From: a virus
IMG/VR virus record: IMGVR_UViG_3300031963_000072
Coordinates: 1-64,000 of that record
Strand: one strand, 5' to 3'
DNA length: 64,000 nt
A program made the position numbers and the translations under genes. Of the stretch, positions 7,210-16,802 are shown piece after piece. Each line of letters opens with the position of its first letter. Position 1 is the stretch's first letter. The notes under the pieces are model-generated. The model was not told the DNA's origin. It did no database searches and saw only the letters and a list, made by a program, of their open reading frames with translations.

Positions 7210-8370
7210 ATGAGCATTTTCAAGGAACATCGAACAAACGCGGATAGAGTTGCGAGTGATCGCAGGAGGCACAAGGAGAAGATCGATAAGGCGATACGTG
7301 AGGGCATCCACCACATCGTTGCGGACGAATCGATCATCGGCCAGAACGGCAAGCAGAAGTTTCGTATCCCCGTTCGTGGTATTAAAGAGCACAAGTTCGT
7401 TTATGGAGATAACGGCAAGCAGGTTGGCTCCGCACCTGGGCGAGATGTGAGTAGAGGACAAAAGCTAGGTGGTAAGGATCGTGGTAAGCCTCAGAGACCT
7501 GATAAGCCTGGTAGTGAATCCGGTGAGGAGTACTATGATGTTGAGATGGGCCTTGATGAGCTCGCCGAGTACCTCTTCTCGGATCTTGGGCTCCCCGATC
7601 TCCAGAGAAAACAGCTCACGAACATCTCCTCACACAAGTTGAAGCGAAATGGATACAGGCCACAAGGCATCATTCCCCGCCTCGATCGAAAGAAATCCGC
7701 GATCGCCCGCATCAAGAGGATGAAGGCTGCAGGATTCGATCCTGAGACCGTTGAAGAAGGAGAAACGTTTCCCTTCCATGAAGATGATCTCAAGTACAGG
7801 CACTACAAACTAAAGGATGAACCATGCACCAACGCAGTTGTGTTCTTTGTGATGGATGTTTCCGGCTCAATGGACCAGAAGAAGAAGTTTCTCGCGAGGT
7901 CGTTCTGTTTCCTGATGTACCAGTTCCTCCGAACGAAGTATGAGAACATCGAGGTGGTGTTCATCACCCACGACGTGGAAGCCCATGAGGTGAACGAAGA
8001 GGCCTTCTTCACGAAGGGAACTTATGGCGGCACGATAGCGTCAACGGGTTTGGTGAAGGTGAATGAGATCATCGAGGAGCGTTTCCATCCGTCCGCCTGG
8101 AACCTCTATGCAGTGCACCTATCGGATGGTGATAACTTCGACTCAGATAATGGCAAGTACCTCGAAGCTCACGCGAAGCTGGAATCGATGGTGCAACTCT
8201 TTGGATATGTGGAGCTGGAACCCGAGAAGAGCTATATGGAGGAGAACAAACTCTCCAAGGTGTTGATGCCTCGGATACGAGAGAACTCCCGATGTGTTAC
8301 AATCCAGAGTAAAGATGATGTTTGGCCTGCGTTCAGGGAGATCCTCAACGCATCGAAGGGAGAGCAGTGA
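7210..8370 (+). CDS. yeaH: YeaH/YhbH (DUF444) vWA-domain protein
   Basis: DRRRHKEKI, IPVRGIKE, FHEDDLKYR, MIDAS DVSGS, SDGDN. Confidence 0.93.
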   Translation: MSIFKEHRTNADRVASDRRRHKEKIDKAIREGIHHIVADESIIGQNGKQKFRIPVRGIKEHKFVYGDNGKQVGSAPGRDVSRGQKLGGKDRGKPQRPDKPGSESGEEYYDVEMGLDELAEYLFSDLGLPDLQRKQLTNISSHKLKRNGYRPQGIIPRLDRKKSAIARIKRMKAAGFDPETVEEGETFPFHEDDLKYRHYKLKDEPCTNAVVFFVMDVSGSMDQKKKFLARSFCFLMYQFLRTKYENIEVVFITHDVEAHEVNEEAFFTKGTYGGTIASTGLVKVNEIIEERFHPSAWNLYAVHLSDGDNFDSDNGKYLEAHAKLESMVQLFGYVELEPEKSYMEENKLSKVLMPRIRENSRCVTIQSKDDVWPAFREILNASKGEQ

Positions 8371-9668
8371 TGGATTACAACCTTTCTGACCTACAGGAAT
8401 GGGATGAGAAGATCTGTGCAATCGCACGGAAGCATGGACTTGATTGGTTTGACATAGAATACGAATTTATAGATTATTATTCAATGATTGGTGCCATGGC
8501 CTTTCACGGGTTGCCATCCCACTTCAACCACTGGAGTTTTGGCAAGTCCTTCGAGCGTACCCACCACATGTACAATGCGGGCCAGGAAGGTCTTCCATAT
8601 GAACTTATAATTAACTCAAATCCTTCGCTCGCCTACATGATGCGGGAGAACCCACTTCCTCTGCAGATCCTCATCATGGCCCACTGCGTTGGCCACTCCG
8701 ATTTCTTCAAGAACAACCGCACGTTTAAGGGAACACGTCCGGATACCATCGTTGGCAGGTCACGAGCCGCGAAGAAGCGGTTCCAATCCTATGTGGAAGA
8801 TCCCTCCATCGGAATTGATCTCGTGGAGCAGGTTATCGATTCGTGCCACGCGGTGCAGTTTCAGATCCAACGTCCCGGTGCGATACGCAGAACTCGGCAG
8901 GAGATCATCGACCACCACAAGGAGAAACTGAAGGAGGATCCTGAAGCGGATTGGCTCGACACCACGCACAATCCCCTCGAACCTGATTATGATATTCTCA
9001 GTTTCATTGCAGAAAATGGGCGGATACCCTCCTGGAAGCGAGACATCATTGAGGTGTGCAGAGATGAGGGGCGGTACTTTTGGCCACAGATCCAAACGAA
9101 GATCATGAATGAGGGCTGGGCCAGCTACTGGCACTACACCATCCTCCATGAGCTCGATCTCCCACCTGAGATCCACCTCGCATTCATCAAATCTCACAAC
9201 CAGGTGATCCGCCCCCACATCGGTGGCATCAATCCATACCACCTCGGTTTTCATCTCTTTCAACGCATCAAAGAGAGACACGGTGTGGATGAAATGTTCA
9301 TCGCCCGCGAGGTGCACCACGATGGAGCCTTCCTCCGTCAGTACCTCACCCAGGAGGATTGCGAGGAGTTGAACCTCTTCTCCTACTCGCGGAAGCCCAA
9401 CGAGGATGTATCGGTTGATGATGTTTCCGATGAGGAGGGGTGGGAGGAAGTGAAGCGCAACCTCGTTGCCCAGGTGGGCGGAGGCTCCATCCCTGTTCTC
9501 TTCGTGAACGATGTGCGGAAGGATGGTTCCATGGCTCTCGGTCACGAGCACGATGGTCGAGACCTCGACATGAAGGAACTAAAGGCCACCCTCCAGCACG
9601 TAAAAACATTGTGGGAATACGATGTTAATTTGGACACAATTATTGACGGAAAGTACATGAAGTTCTGA
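8370..9668 (+). CDS. spoVR: SpoVR/YcgB family protein
   Basis: HWSFGK, YELIINSNP, AHCVGHSDFFKNN, TKIMNEGWASYWH, NPYHLG; start moved to ATG 8370, which overlaps the yeaH stop. Confidence 0.93.
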   Translation: MDYNLSDLQEWDEKICAIARKHGLDWFDIEYEFIDYYSMIGAMAFHGLPSHFNHWSFGKSFERTHHMYNAGQEGLPYELIINSNPSLAYMMRENPLPLQILIMAHCVGHSDFFKNNRTFKGTRPDTIVGRSRAAKKRFQSYVEDPSIGIDLVEQVIDSCHAVQFQIQRPGAIRRTRQEIIDHHKEKLKEDPEADWLDTTHNPLEPDYDILSFIAENGRIPSWKRDIIEVCRDEGRYFWPQIQTKIMNEGWASYWHYTILHELDLPPEIHLAFIKSHNQVIRPHIGGINPYHLGFHLFQRIKERHGVDEMFIAREVHHDGAFLRQYLTQEDCEELNLFSYSRKPNEDVSVDDVSDEEGWEEVKRNLVAQVGGGSIPVLFVNDVRKDGSMALGHEHDGRDLDMKELKATLQHVKTLWEYDVNLDTIIDGKYMKF

Positions 9669-9714
9669 TTTTTTGATTACAATAAACACACCTACTGCGA
9701 GGAACACCTGAAAA

Positions 9715-11649
9715 ATGAGCGTAAAGAACACACTCCTGAAGAAGATCACAGAAGCACGAGAGAAATCAGCGAACGAGAAGAAGTTCGAAGGCAACCTTCT
9801 CGATTACATAGAGCTGGTTGAGGCAGATCCATCGATCGTGAAAACAGCACACCAGCGGCTCAACGATGCCCTCACGGAGCATGGATCCTACGTGATGCCG
9901 GACTCAGATCCGAGGAAGCATAAGATCTTCGACGGAGAGAACATCAAGATCCACAAGTACTTCGAGGGTGAGTTCTTCGGAATGGAGAAAGTCCTTGCGA
10001 AGGTGATGAACTTCCTCGATTCTGCCGCCCATCGTGGTGAGGAATCTCGTCAGGTACTCCTCTTCATGGGCCCTGTCGGTGCAGGTAAGTCAGCCCTTAC
10101 GGAGCACATCAAACGTGCCTTGGAAGGTAAGAAGTATTACCACCTGAAGGGAGATCCCCACCGTGGTGAACCACTTCAGCTAATCCCGCGCTCCCTCCGC
10201 GGAGATTTCGAATCCGCCCTTGGAGTGAAGATTGAGGGTGACATCTCACCAGTAGCTCGCCACAAGCTCCTCAATGAGCTCGGCGGTAAGTACGAGAACT
10301 TTGCGGTGGAAGAATCATCCTTCTCCCAGCGTGCTCGAAGGGGTGTGGGTGTGGTTCCTCCCATGGATGCCAACTCACAGGATGTTTCGGTCCTCATCGG
10401 ATCAGTTGACATCTCCAAGTTGGACAAGTATGCAGAGGATGATCCTCGTGCTCTCTCCCTCAACGGTGCATTCAACGTAGGTAACCGTGGCATCGTGGAG
10501 CTCGTCGAGGTGTTCAAGAATGAGATCGAGTTCCTCCACACAATCATCACCGCGACACAGGAGAAGAGAGTTCCCTCGCCTGGTAAGTCGGACATGTTGC
10601 ACTTCGACGGTGTTATCATCGCCCACTGTAACGAGGCCGAGTGGAATCGTTTCCAGAGCGAGCACACCAATGAGGCCATCCTCGATCGCATCGTGAAGGT
10701 CTCTGTTCCCTACTGCCTCGAGTTGAACCAGGAGATGAAGATCTACGAGAAGATGCTCTCCAAGTCGGACTTCAAGCACCACATCGCTCCGCACACCCTC
10801 AAGGTGGCCTCGATGTTCTCCGTCATGTCACGTCTCAAGCCCTCGGCCAAGTGTGATCCACTCACCAAGATGAAGATATACAATGGTGAAGAGGTGCTGG
10901 AGAAGGGGCGTGTCAAGAAGGTGGACATCAAGGACCTCCGCGAGGAGGCGAAGCACGAGGGCATGGACGGAATCTCCACCCGCTTCGTGACGAAATCCAT
11001 CGACCATGCTCTTTCCAACTCTGAGAAGGGCATTGTGACGCCAATCTCCGTGATGGACTCGCTCACGAAGATGGTGAAGGAACAGATCACAGATGAGGCC
11101 TTCAAGAAGACCTGCCTCGAACTCCTCCAGAAGACTGTCCGAGACGAGTACCTCAAGATCCTCGAGACCGAGATCGCTAAGGCCTTCGTCACCGCCTACG
11201 AGGAACAGGCCCAGTCGCTCTTCAACTCCTACCTCGACAACGCTGAGGCCTACGTAACCCGTGCCAAGGTGAAGGACAAGGTCACGAAAGAGGAACGCCT
11301 TCCAGACGAGGAGTTCATGAAGTCGATCGAGGAGAACATTGGAATCGCAGGCTCAGCCAAGGATGGCTTCCGTGGCGATGTTACCGCCTACATGTTCGCG
11401 AAGATGAGGCGAGGCGATAAGGTGGATTACAGGGCCTACGAACCCCTCCGTGAGGCCATCGAGACCTACCTCATCAACTCCGTCAAGTCCTTCGCTCGTA
11501 TCGTGACGAAGTCCAAGTCACGTGACAAGGAACAGCAGGAGAAGTACTCAGAGATGGTCACGACAATGTGCAAGGACTACGGTTACACGCCGGAATCTGC
11601 TGAGGAAATACTTGCGTTTGCCGCGAACAACCTCTGGAGAGATTCTTAG
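9715..11649 (+). CDS. prkA: PrkA/YeaG AAA+ ATPase (annotated Ser kinase family)
   Basis: FFGME, Walker A GPVGAGKS, DDPRALS, GNRGIVE, AHCNE, EGMDGISTRF. Confidence 0.95.
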   Translation: MSVKNTLLKKITEAREKSANEKKFEGNLLDYIELVEADPSIVKTAHQRLNDALTEHGSYVMPDSDPRKHKIFDGENIKIHKYFEGEFFGMEKVLAKVMNFLDSAAHRGEESRQVLLFMGPVGAGKSALTEHIKRALEGKKYYHLKGDPHRGEPLQLIPRSLRGDFESALGVKIEGDISPVARHKLLNELGGKYENFAVEESSFSQRARRGVGVVPPMDANSQDVSVLIGSVDISKLDKYAEDDPRALSLNGAFNVGNRGIVELVEVFKNEIEFLHTIITATQEKRVPSPGKSDMLHFDGVIIAHCNEAEWNRFQSEHTNEAILDRIVKVSVPYCLELNQEMKIYEKMLSKSDFKHHIAPHTLKVASMFSVMSRLKPSAKCDPLTKMKIYNGEEVLEKGRVKKVDIKDLREEAKHEGMDGISTRFVTKSIDHALSNSEKGIVTPISVMDSLTKMVKEQITDEAFKKTCLELLQKTVRDEYLKILETEIAKAFVTAYEEQAQSLFNSYLDNAEAYVTRAKVKDKVTKEERLPDEEFMKSIEENIGIAGSAKDGFRGDVTAYMFAKMRRGDKVDYRAYEPLREAIETYLINSVKSFARIVTKSKSRDKEQQEKYSEMVTTMCKDYGYTPESAEEILAFAANNLWRDS

Positions 11650-11667
11650 TCAATCTCTAAAAGCAAG

Positions 11668-11700
11668 AAAGGCTCAGAGGATTCCTCTGAGCCTTTTTTA
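11668..11700. terminator. bidirectional intrinsic terminator
   Basis: aaaGGCTCAGAGG-att-CCTCTGAGCCttttt between convergent prkA and clpP. Confidence 0.85.
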
Positions 11701-11703
11701 GTA

Positions 11704-12306
11704 TCAGCCGAACGAATATTCTACATCAATCTTTAACTTTAGTTCCGGAACACGCAGGTGGTTGGCCAATCCATGCGATTGAGCCTCCGTGGCATCGAGG
11801 TACCAGTCCGCGTGAGAACGCTCGTGGATCATCTTGAGGAAGTATTCCTCTTCCTTGCCGCAGTTGGTTGCCATCTCCCGGTATAGCCATTGGTTCAATC
11901 GATCGGATTCCTTGGCATCCGCCTTGATCTCCTCCACCTTGCCGTGCGCTCCGGTGGAGACATCGTGGATCATGATGGTTGCGTGCTTATCCATGTAGCG
12001 GTGGCCGAAGGCACCGAAGGAGAAGAGGAGGGCACCACAACTCATCGCTTTGCCCTGAACGATCGTGGCCACCGGGATCTTGGAGGCCTTGATGTTGGCC
12101 ACCATGGAGAGGAGGGAGTAGACTTGCCCCCCATAAGAATCTATAATGACGGGCACGATGGGTTGGCCGGTGTTCTGAGCCTCACTCATCGAGTCAGAGA
12201 ACTTCTTTGCCGATTCTTCATCGAACTTATTCACTCGAATCACCACGGGTTGCTTCCGCAGTTCCACTTCACCGATCAGTTTCGAAATATCTCGTAGTAC
12301 GTTCAT
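11704..12306 (-). CDS. clpP: ClpP-type serine protease
   Basis: IDSYGG, AMSCG (Ser), IMIHD (His), DWYLDATEA (Asp). Confidence 0.88.
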   Translation of the reverse strand: MNVLRDISKLIGEVELRKQPVVIRVNKFDEESAKKFSDSMSEAQNTGQPIVPVIIDSYGGQVYSLLSMVANIKASKIPVATIVQGKAMSCGALLFSFGAFGHRYMDKHATIMIHDVSTGAHGKVEEIKADAKESDRLNQWLYREMATNCGKEEEYFLKMIHERSHADWYLDATEAQSHGLANHLRVPELKLKIDVEYSFG

Positions 12307-12716
12307 GTGTGCTTCTTTCTCCAGTTGTAGTATCTAACCAAGGCGTGATCACGGGGAGGAGCGGGAGGCAGTGTTCCCTTCACGAAGATCTCCCAGGCTG
12401 CAGCAGCATAATCACCGATGCCTGGGAGCTCCTTCGCATGCTGCCAGTTTGACCCCAGATAATATTGCGACATTTTTATTAGGTTACTAGCCCTCCTATT
12501 TCCAAAGCCTAATCTGACAATGACCTGGGCCAACTCTCCGTGGTCTGCCGCGGCCATGGCCTTAGCATCTGGATACTTTGAAAACAATCGTGGCAACACT
12601 TTCTCCATGGCAGCCCGTGTGGTGCAGTTGAGAAGCATGCAGGCGACAAGCAGCTTCCATTCATTGGGCCACAAGTCCTCTTGAATGAGAGAGTAAGGAG
12701 AACGGGGAGGTATCAT
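12303..12716 (-). CDS. HhH-GPD DNA glycosylase, MBD4-like
   Basis: PPRSPYSLIQE, WKLLVACMLLN, HhH LPGIGDY, PRDHAL: closely parallel to the MBD4 glycosylase domain as I recall it. Confidence 0.85.
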   Translation of the reverse strand: MIPPRSPYSLIQEDLWPNEWKLLVACMLLNCTTRAAMEKVLPRLFSKYPDAKAMAAADHGELAQVIVRLGFGNRRASNLIKMSQYYLGSNWQHAKELPGIGDYAAAAWEIFVKGTLPPAPPRDHALVRYYNWRKKHT

Positions 12717-13687
12717 CCTGTGTATCTTCTAGAAGTATGAACAAAGTTGGATTGAAAGTTAGCAGTCAAATCACACAGTGTTCTTTCAAAGAATACGACA
12801 GATTTTTTATCTTGGACTACTTTCCTCCTGTGCCATTTCCACTTAAAGGAGTCAAAATCCAAAGAGCAATTAAAAATTGTAGTCCCTGAATATGCCAAGT
12901 TTAAATCTTCGGAATCCGCAAAAGAAGAAAATCTATGCATCTCAACAAGCTGTTCAAATCCTCCGTGCATACACAGAAGCGGTCTGTCATCTCCGTCTAG
13001 CTTTTCTGTAACTTCACAAGTAACGTTGTTTTTTGACAAGATGTGATGCCCTAGAACAGAAGGCTTAGCACCAAGCAAATTTTCTTTGCTGCACGCAACT
13101 ATATACTCGCCGCCGTGGGACAAAAAATCATTGTATATCTCTGAGTTTTTAATTGAACTTATAAGATCTCCTGATCCGCACGGCCTGAGTACGGGACAAG
13201 ACTCCCTAATCTCGAGCAAATTGTCTGCTCTAAGCAGGAAGGTCTGATAGCTGAAGATTAAAGCTGCTTTACTTCCTACTGATTCACATATCTTTCTCAC
13301 GGCATCTTCGTGGGAAGGATCGACCAAAATCCAGACTTCTTTCACCCACGAAAGACGCATCAAGATCATTCCTAGCTGAGAAATATTAGAAGCTGGCAAC
13401 TCCGAAAGAAGATTTTCATGACAAATAACAGCGTGAGCAGCTTTCCCAGATACGAGTGCTTCTCGTCCCGTCCAAAAAGAATCTAGCTCAATGTGTTCAT
13501 GCTTAATAAGATTGCATTCAGTTGGTGCTTCGGGTGAAACAACAGTGTAGTCTCTTGGCTTTGATACAAGATCTAGAAAGTCAGCTATCTCTAGACCCCC
13601 ATCTCTATTTACTCTTTCGATGCAATCTACGGGTAGATTTTCAAGTTGTTCTTGTAGCTCAGAAAGAAATCCCGGGAATGATTTCAT
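12713..13687 (-). CDS. degenerate UDP-sugar pyrophosphorylase (UGP/UAP)-like protein
   Basis: PCGSGD, GGEYI, ENLL, CEVTEK, FFER resemble PxGHGD, NxDNL, MEVTxK; the N-terminal GGxGT loop is absent. Confidence 0.55.
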   Translation of the reverse strand: MKSFPGFLSELQEQLENLPVDCIERVNRDGGLEIADFLDLVSKPRDYTVVSPEAPTECNLIKHEHIELDSFWTGREALVSGKAAHAVICHENLLSELPASNISQLGMILMRLSWVKEVWILVDPSHEDAVRKICESVGSKAALIFSYQTFLLRADNLLEIRESCPVLRPCGSGDLISSIKNSEIYNDFLSHGGEYIVACSKENLLGAKPSVLGHHILSKNNVTCEVTEKLDGDDRPLLCMHGGFEQLVEMHRFSSFADSEDLNLAYSGTTIFNCSLDFDSFKWKWHRRKVVQDKKSVVFFERTLCDLTANFQSNFVHTSRRYTG

Positions 13688-13717
13688 GAACCTTATTGTA
13701 TTTAATAACTCACAATT

Positions 13718-14566
13718 TTATAATGTCAATTTGTCGCCTTGAATGCACTGCAGGACTTTTCTGAAAGAATCCCCGTACTGGGAGCGTAGCAGAGTCTCCG
13801 GATCTTCCCACTTTGCTATTCCTTCATGAGAGGAAGTTAATTGACCTGAGAACTTAACGGCTCTGAAGAAGTAGATGTTTTTCTCGCCCATCTTTTGCTT
13901 GCACAAATAAACAAGCTTGTCTGCGACGATTCCTGTTTCTTCATACAGCTCTCTTGCGGCAGCATCTTCAGGCGTTTCTCCCACCTCGATGCCACCTCCA
14001 GGCATGTTCATATTTTTTATGTCGCCGCCTCGAGAAACAGCGAGAACTTTATTGCCCGAAGTTACTAAAACTATAGATGCGCCATCTACGGCAGGAACCT
14101 CTTCTGAAGCCAAGTCTTTTTCAAGTGAGGAATTTAGACTTCTTACACTTTGTGCATTCCTGATATTGCCTGGTGCTTCATATCTACGCAGACCAGACAT
14201 TGAAAAATCACTATCCATCTCTAGGAGGGGAGAAGACTTTAGCCTACTGTGAAATTTTTTCTTAAGTGCTCTTGAAAGCAGCTTTCTTGTAACTTTTTGG
14301 TCTCCGCCTGATCTACGAAAAAATTCTTTGTATTTCTCAGAAGCGTAATTCCTAATGTCACTCTCAAGGTCATCTTTAACCTCTACACCGTATATCTCTT
14401 CCGCCATCTCGAGCCAGCCGTCGACGACGTCGTTTATGTTTGTAGTCTTCGTAAAAAAAGATCTCATGAGATCTTTTGCAGAAGCTGATCCTCTTTCTCT
14501 GTCTTTTAGGTAAAAAATTCCCTCTAGAACCTCTTCTACGTACTCTTTTAAAAGTTGATTTTTCAT
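13718..14566 (-). CDS. NUDIX hydrolase with N-terminal extension
   Basis: Nudix box GGIEVGETPEDAAARELYEETG; N-terminal LLKEYVEEVLE peptide. Confidence 0.9.
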   Translation of the reverse strand: MKNQLLKEYVEEVLEGIFYLKDRERGSASAKDLMRSFFTKTTNINDVVDGWLEMAEEIYGVEVKDDLESDIRNYASEKYKEFFRRSGGDQKVTRKLLSRALKKKFHSRLKSSPLLEMDSDFSMSGLRRYEAPGNIRNAQSVRSLNSSLEKDLASEEVPAVDGASIVLVTSGNKVLAVSRGGDIKNMNMPGGGIEVGETPEDAAARELYEETGIVADKLVYLCKQKMGEKNIYFFRAVKFSGQLTSSHEGIAKWEDPETLLRSQYGDSFRKVLQCIQGDKLTL

Positions 14567-15039
14567 GAAGAGCTCTTTTTGCTTTCAACAAACTTTCTTG
14601 TCATTCCTACGACATCAACGATCTGACCTGCAGCCCTTCGTGCATCGATCTCGAAAGGATTGTCATAGTAAGAATCGCTTCCCGTACATCCCAAAGAAAT
14701 ACCTGCTTGAATCCCGTAATAAAAAATAGGCCAAAAGATGCCGAGTCTCATCATCTGGTCAACATGCTTTTGTTCATGTCTAAGAACAATCATCTTGTCA
14801 GCAGGAGGATATTTGAGAACTACCACTTGACCCGTAGCATGCCCGGCCCAACGTGTCCACTGCTTTGCGAGCCACAATGGTATTTTATCGTTATTGATGG
14901 TCCACACAAGGGCATCACCTTCGACGCCATACCAACGATACCAACCAAGAGCCGTATACACTCCAACGTAGCAGAGGCCAAAAAGTGTAAGAGGAGAGGC
15001 CCATGCATAACCTAAGTACTTCTTTAAAGAACTCCACAT
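14563..15039 (-). CDS. membrane-associated HExxH metallopeptidase-like protein
   Basis: Hydrophobic N-terminus, HEQKH, YYDNPFEIDA. Confidence 0.65.
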   Translation of the reverse strand: MWSSLKKYLGYAWASPLTLFGLCYVGVYTALGWYRWYGVEGDALVWTINNDKIPLWLAKQWTRWAGHATGQVVVLKYPPADKMIVLRHEQKHVDQMMRLGIFWPIFYYGIQAGISLGCTGSDSYYDNPFEIDARRAAGQIVDVVGMTRKFVESKKSSS

Positions 15040-15059
15040 GATGCCTGTCTCCCGTTAAA

Positions 15060-16268
15060 CTACTTTCCCCCAACTATTTTTGAGACCGGCTTGGTGCTCC
15101 ACATGCGACACGACCAAAAAGCGGCCTTTGTCCTGTCAGAAGCGCGTTTTGTTCCACATCCGTGACGTGCTCTAAAACTCTTGCGAGCCTTTGGATTGTC
15201 GCGGCGAATCTCCATTCCCTTGGAGCCGAAATTGACCTTCTTGACGTTGCCCGTCTTCTTGTCTTTGACGTACACCTTAAACTTCGCAGTGTCACCCTTC
15301 ATAGGCTTGCCGAGGGGAACTTCACGTCCCTTGTACTCGGCCTCGAGCTGTAGATTTTCGCCCATCAGGTTAGAATGAATGAGTTCTGCGACATGCGACT
15401 TCATGTCAGACTTCGTTAGTCCCAATGCAGGTCCCCACATCTTCCACTCTGGGTTAAGAACGAAGAAGCCTTCTGCTGCGTCCATTGCAGCTCCCTCGGG
15501 ATCATCGAATTTCTCGCCCTCAAAGTCGGCTGCGAACATCTCTATGGCAGTCTGGTACTGATTCTGGACGTTTCCTGTTGGTTCAACGCCCTCATAATCA
15601 GGCTCATCGTCCATGTACCTGCTTGGACGTTTGACGTGCTTGTAATCGGGATGAACATAAGAAGAACCTGCTTTCTGACCTCGAGCGAGGAAGACTTCGC
15701 CTGTGTCCTCATCCACATACTCACCACCAGCAACCTCTTCCGGATCCATCGCCGCGATCAAATCGAGGAGTTCGCGGCGTGGAAGGTACACGTCGTCTCC
15801 GAGACCTTCGAAAAGCGTCTCTTCGTGGATCGCCTCTTCGATTGCATCGTAGTTAAGTTCGAATTCCTCAAGAAGACCTGCAGTCTTGAGCGCTGCACCT
15901 TCTGCAACGATGATCTTAAGCACAGAATCAGGAAGCCCTTGGAGACCTTCGTGTCTCCGCCCCATGCCCATCTTCGAAGGAAAATTGTCGGCAGGATGAT
16001 CCTCTGGTGAATGGACAGGTTCCTGTGCAAGCGCCGGAGATGTGTCTAAGTCATCATCCATGTCTGCCTTGTCATGTGACATGGAACCTTCATAGGAAGA
16101 TTTTGCGAACGTCAACTCCTGCTCGAGCTCAGAGTCAGTAAGGCTTTCGAGTTCTTCCTGTGTAGGTCCGATGAAACTTATGCCCACGTTGTCTGCGTAT
16201 TCCTCATTGTACATGAGGATGCTGTCGATAAGATCTTGACGCCTGGACTCTGATAGTGCTCTTCTCAT
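15060..16268 (-). CDS. acidic protein with basic C-terminal domain (DUF5754-like)
   Basis: KVYVKD..VNFG..RKSFRARHGC..FWSC; ATACTTA upstream. Confidence 0.75.
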   Translation of the reverse strand: MRRALSESRRQDLIDSILMYNEEYADNVGISFIGPTQEELESLTDSELEQELTFAKSSYEGSMSHDKADMDDDLDTSPALAQEPVHSPEDHPADNFPSKMGMGRRHEGLQGLPDSVLKIIVAEGAALKTAGLLEEFELNYDAIEEAIHEETLFEGLGDDVYLPRRELLDLIAAMDPEEVAGGEYVDEDTGEVFLARGQKAGSSYVHPDYKHVKRPSRYMDDEPDYEGVEPTGNVQNQYQTAIEMFAADFEGEKFDDPEGAAMDAAEGFFVLNPEWKMWGPALGLTKSDMKSHVAELIHSNLMGENLQLEAEYKGREVPLGKPMKGDTAKFKVYVKDKKTGNVKKVNFGSKGMEIRRDNPKARKSFRARHGCGTKRASDRTKAAFWSCRMWSTKPVSKIVGGK

Positions 16269-16273
16269 GGCTG

Positions 16274-16299
16274 TAAGTATTACGAAGATTGTATAGTTA
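16274..16299. promoter_or_regulatory. back-to-back ATANTTA motifs (divergent putative late promoters)
   Basis: ATACTTA on minus (16274-16280) and ATAGTTA on plus (16293-16299), each 5 nt from an ATG. Confidence 0.6.
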
Positions 16300-16304
16300 T
16301 GAAC

Positions 16305-16763
16305 ATGAAGATAACGCTTAGAGAATTAAAAAAGATAATAAGAGAATCGGTGAGAGATCAAGTAATCGACGAAGGATTTCTCGACTCCCTCAAACGTGCA
16401 ACAGCAGCTGCCGCTGTTGGAGCAAGCCTCATGTTTCCTTCCTCTGCTGCTGCAAATGTTCCAAGCGGAGGAGAGACATACACGGCAGAAGAGACTCCGG
16501 AAGAGGACAGACCATTTACAATCATGGACGAAGAAGGAAAACCTCACAATTTTTATCTTGTGACATACGTGAGAGTAGATGGAAAGCGTTACGCTGCTAT
16601 GGAATCAGAAGAAGACGAATTGCTCTATCTGTTTCGCGTGATGATCTCCAAGCGAGGAGATGTCACTTTTAAAGCAATTGAAAATGATACAGAATGGGAA
16701 AGAGTAAAGGAAGCGGTTGAGGAGGAACTTGGTCCTGACGAAGAAGAAGAAAACAAGATCTAA
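16305..16763 (+). CDS. DUF1292-like protein with MKITLRELKKIIRE leader
   Basis: IMDEEG..F..VDGKRYA..IENDTEWERV pattern; start moved to ATG 16305. Confidence 0.7.
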   Translation: MKITLRELKKIIRESVRDQVIDEGFLDSLKRATAAAAVGASLMFPSSAAANVPSGGETYTAEETPEEDRPFTIMDEEGKPHNFYLVTYVRVDGKRYAAMESEEDELLYLFRVMISKRGDVTFKAIENDTEWERVKEAVEEELGPDEEEENKI

Positions 16764-16768
16764 ACATG

Positions 16769-16800
16769 AGAAACGGCGGTTTAGTTACCGCCGTTTCTTA
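16769..16800. terminator. bidirectional terminator
   Basis: AGAAACGGCGGT-ttagtt-ACCGCCGTTTCT between convergent genes. Confidence 0.85.
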
Positions 16801-16802
16801 TT

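Noticed and set aside
7210-11649. Host contamination or a prophage boundary at the yeaH-spoVR-prkA operon
   Set aside because: It carries the phage ATANTTA motif, shares a terminator with a phage-strand gene and has similar codon style; read support would still be worth checking.
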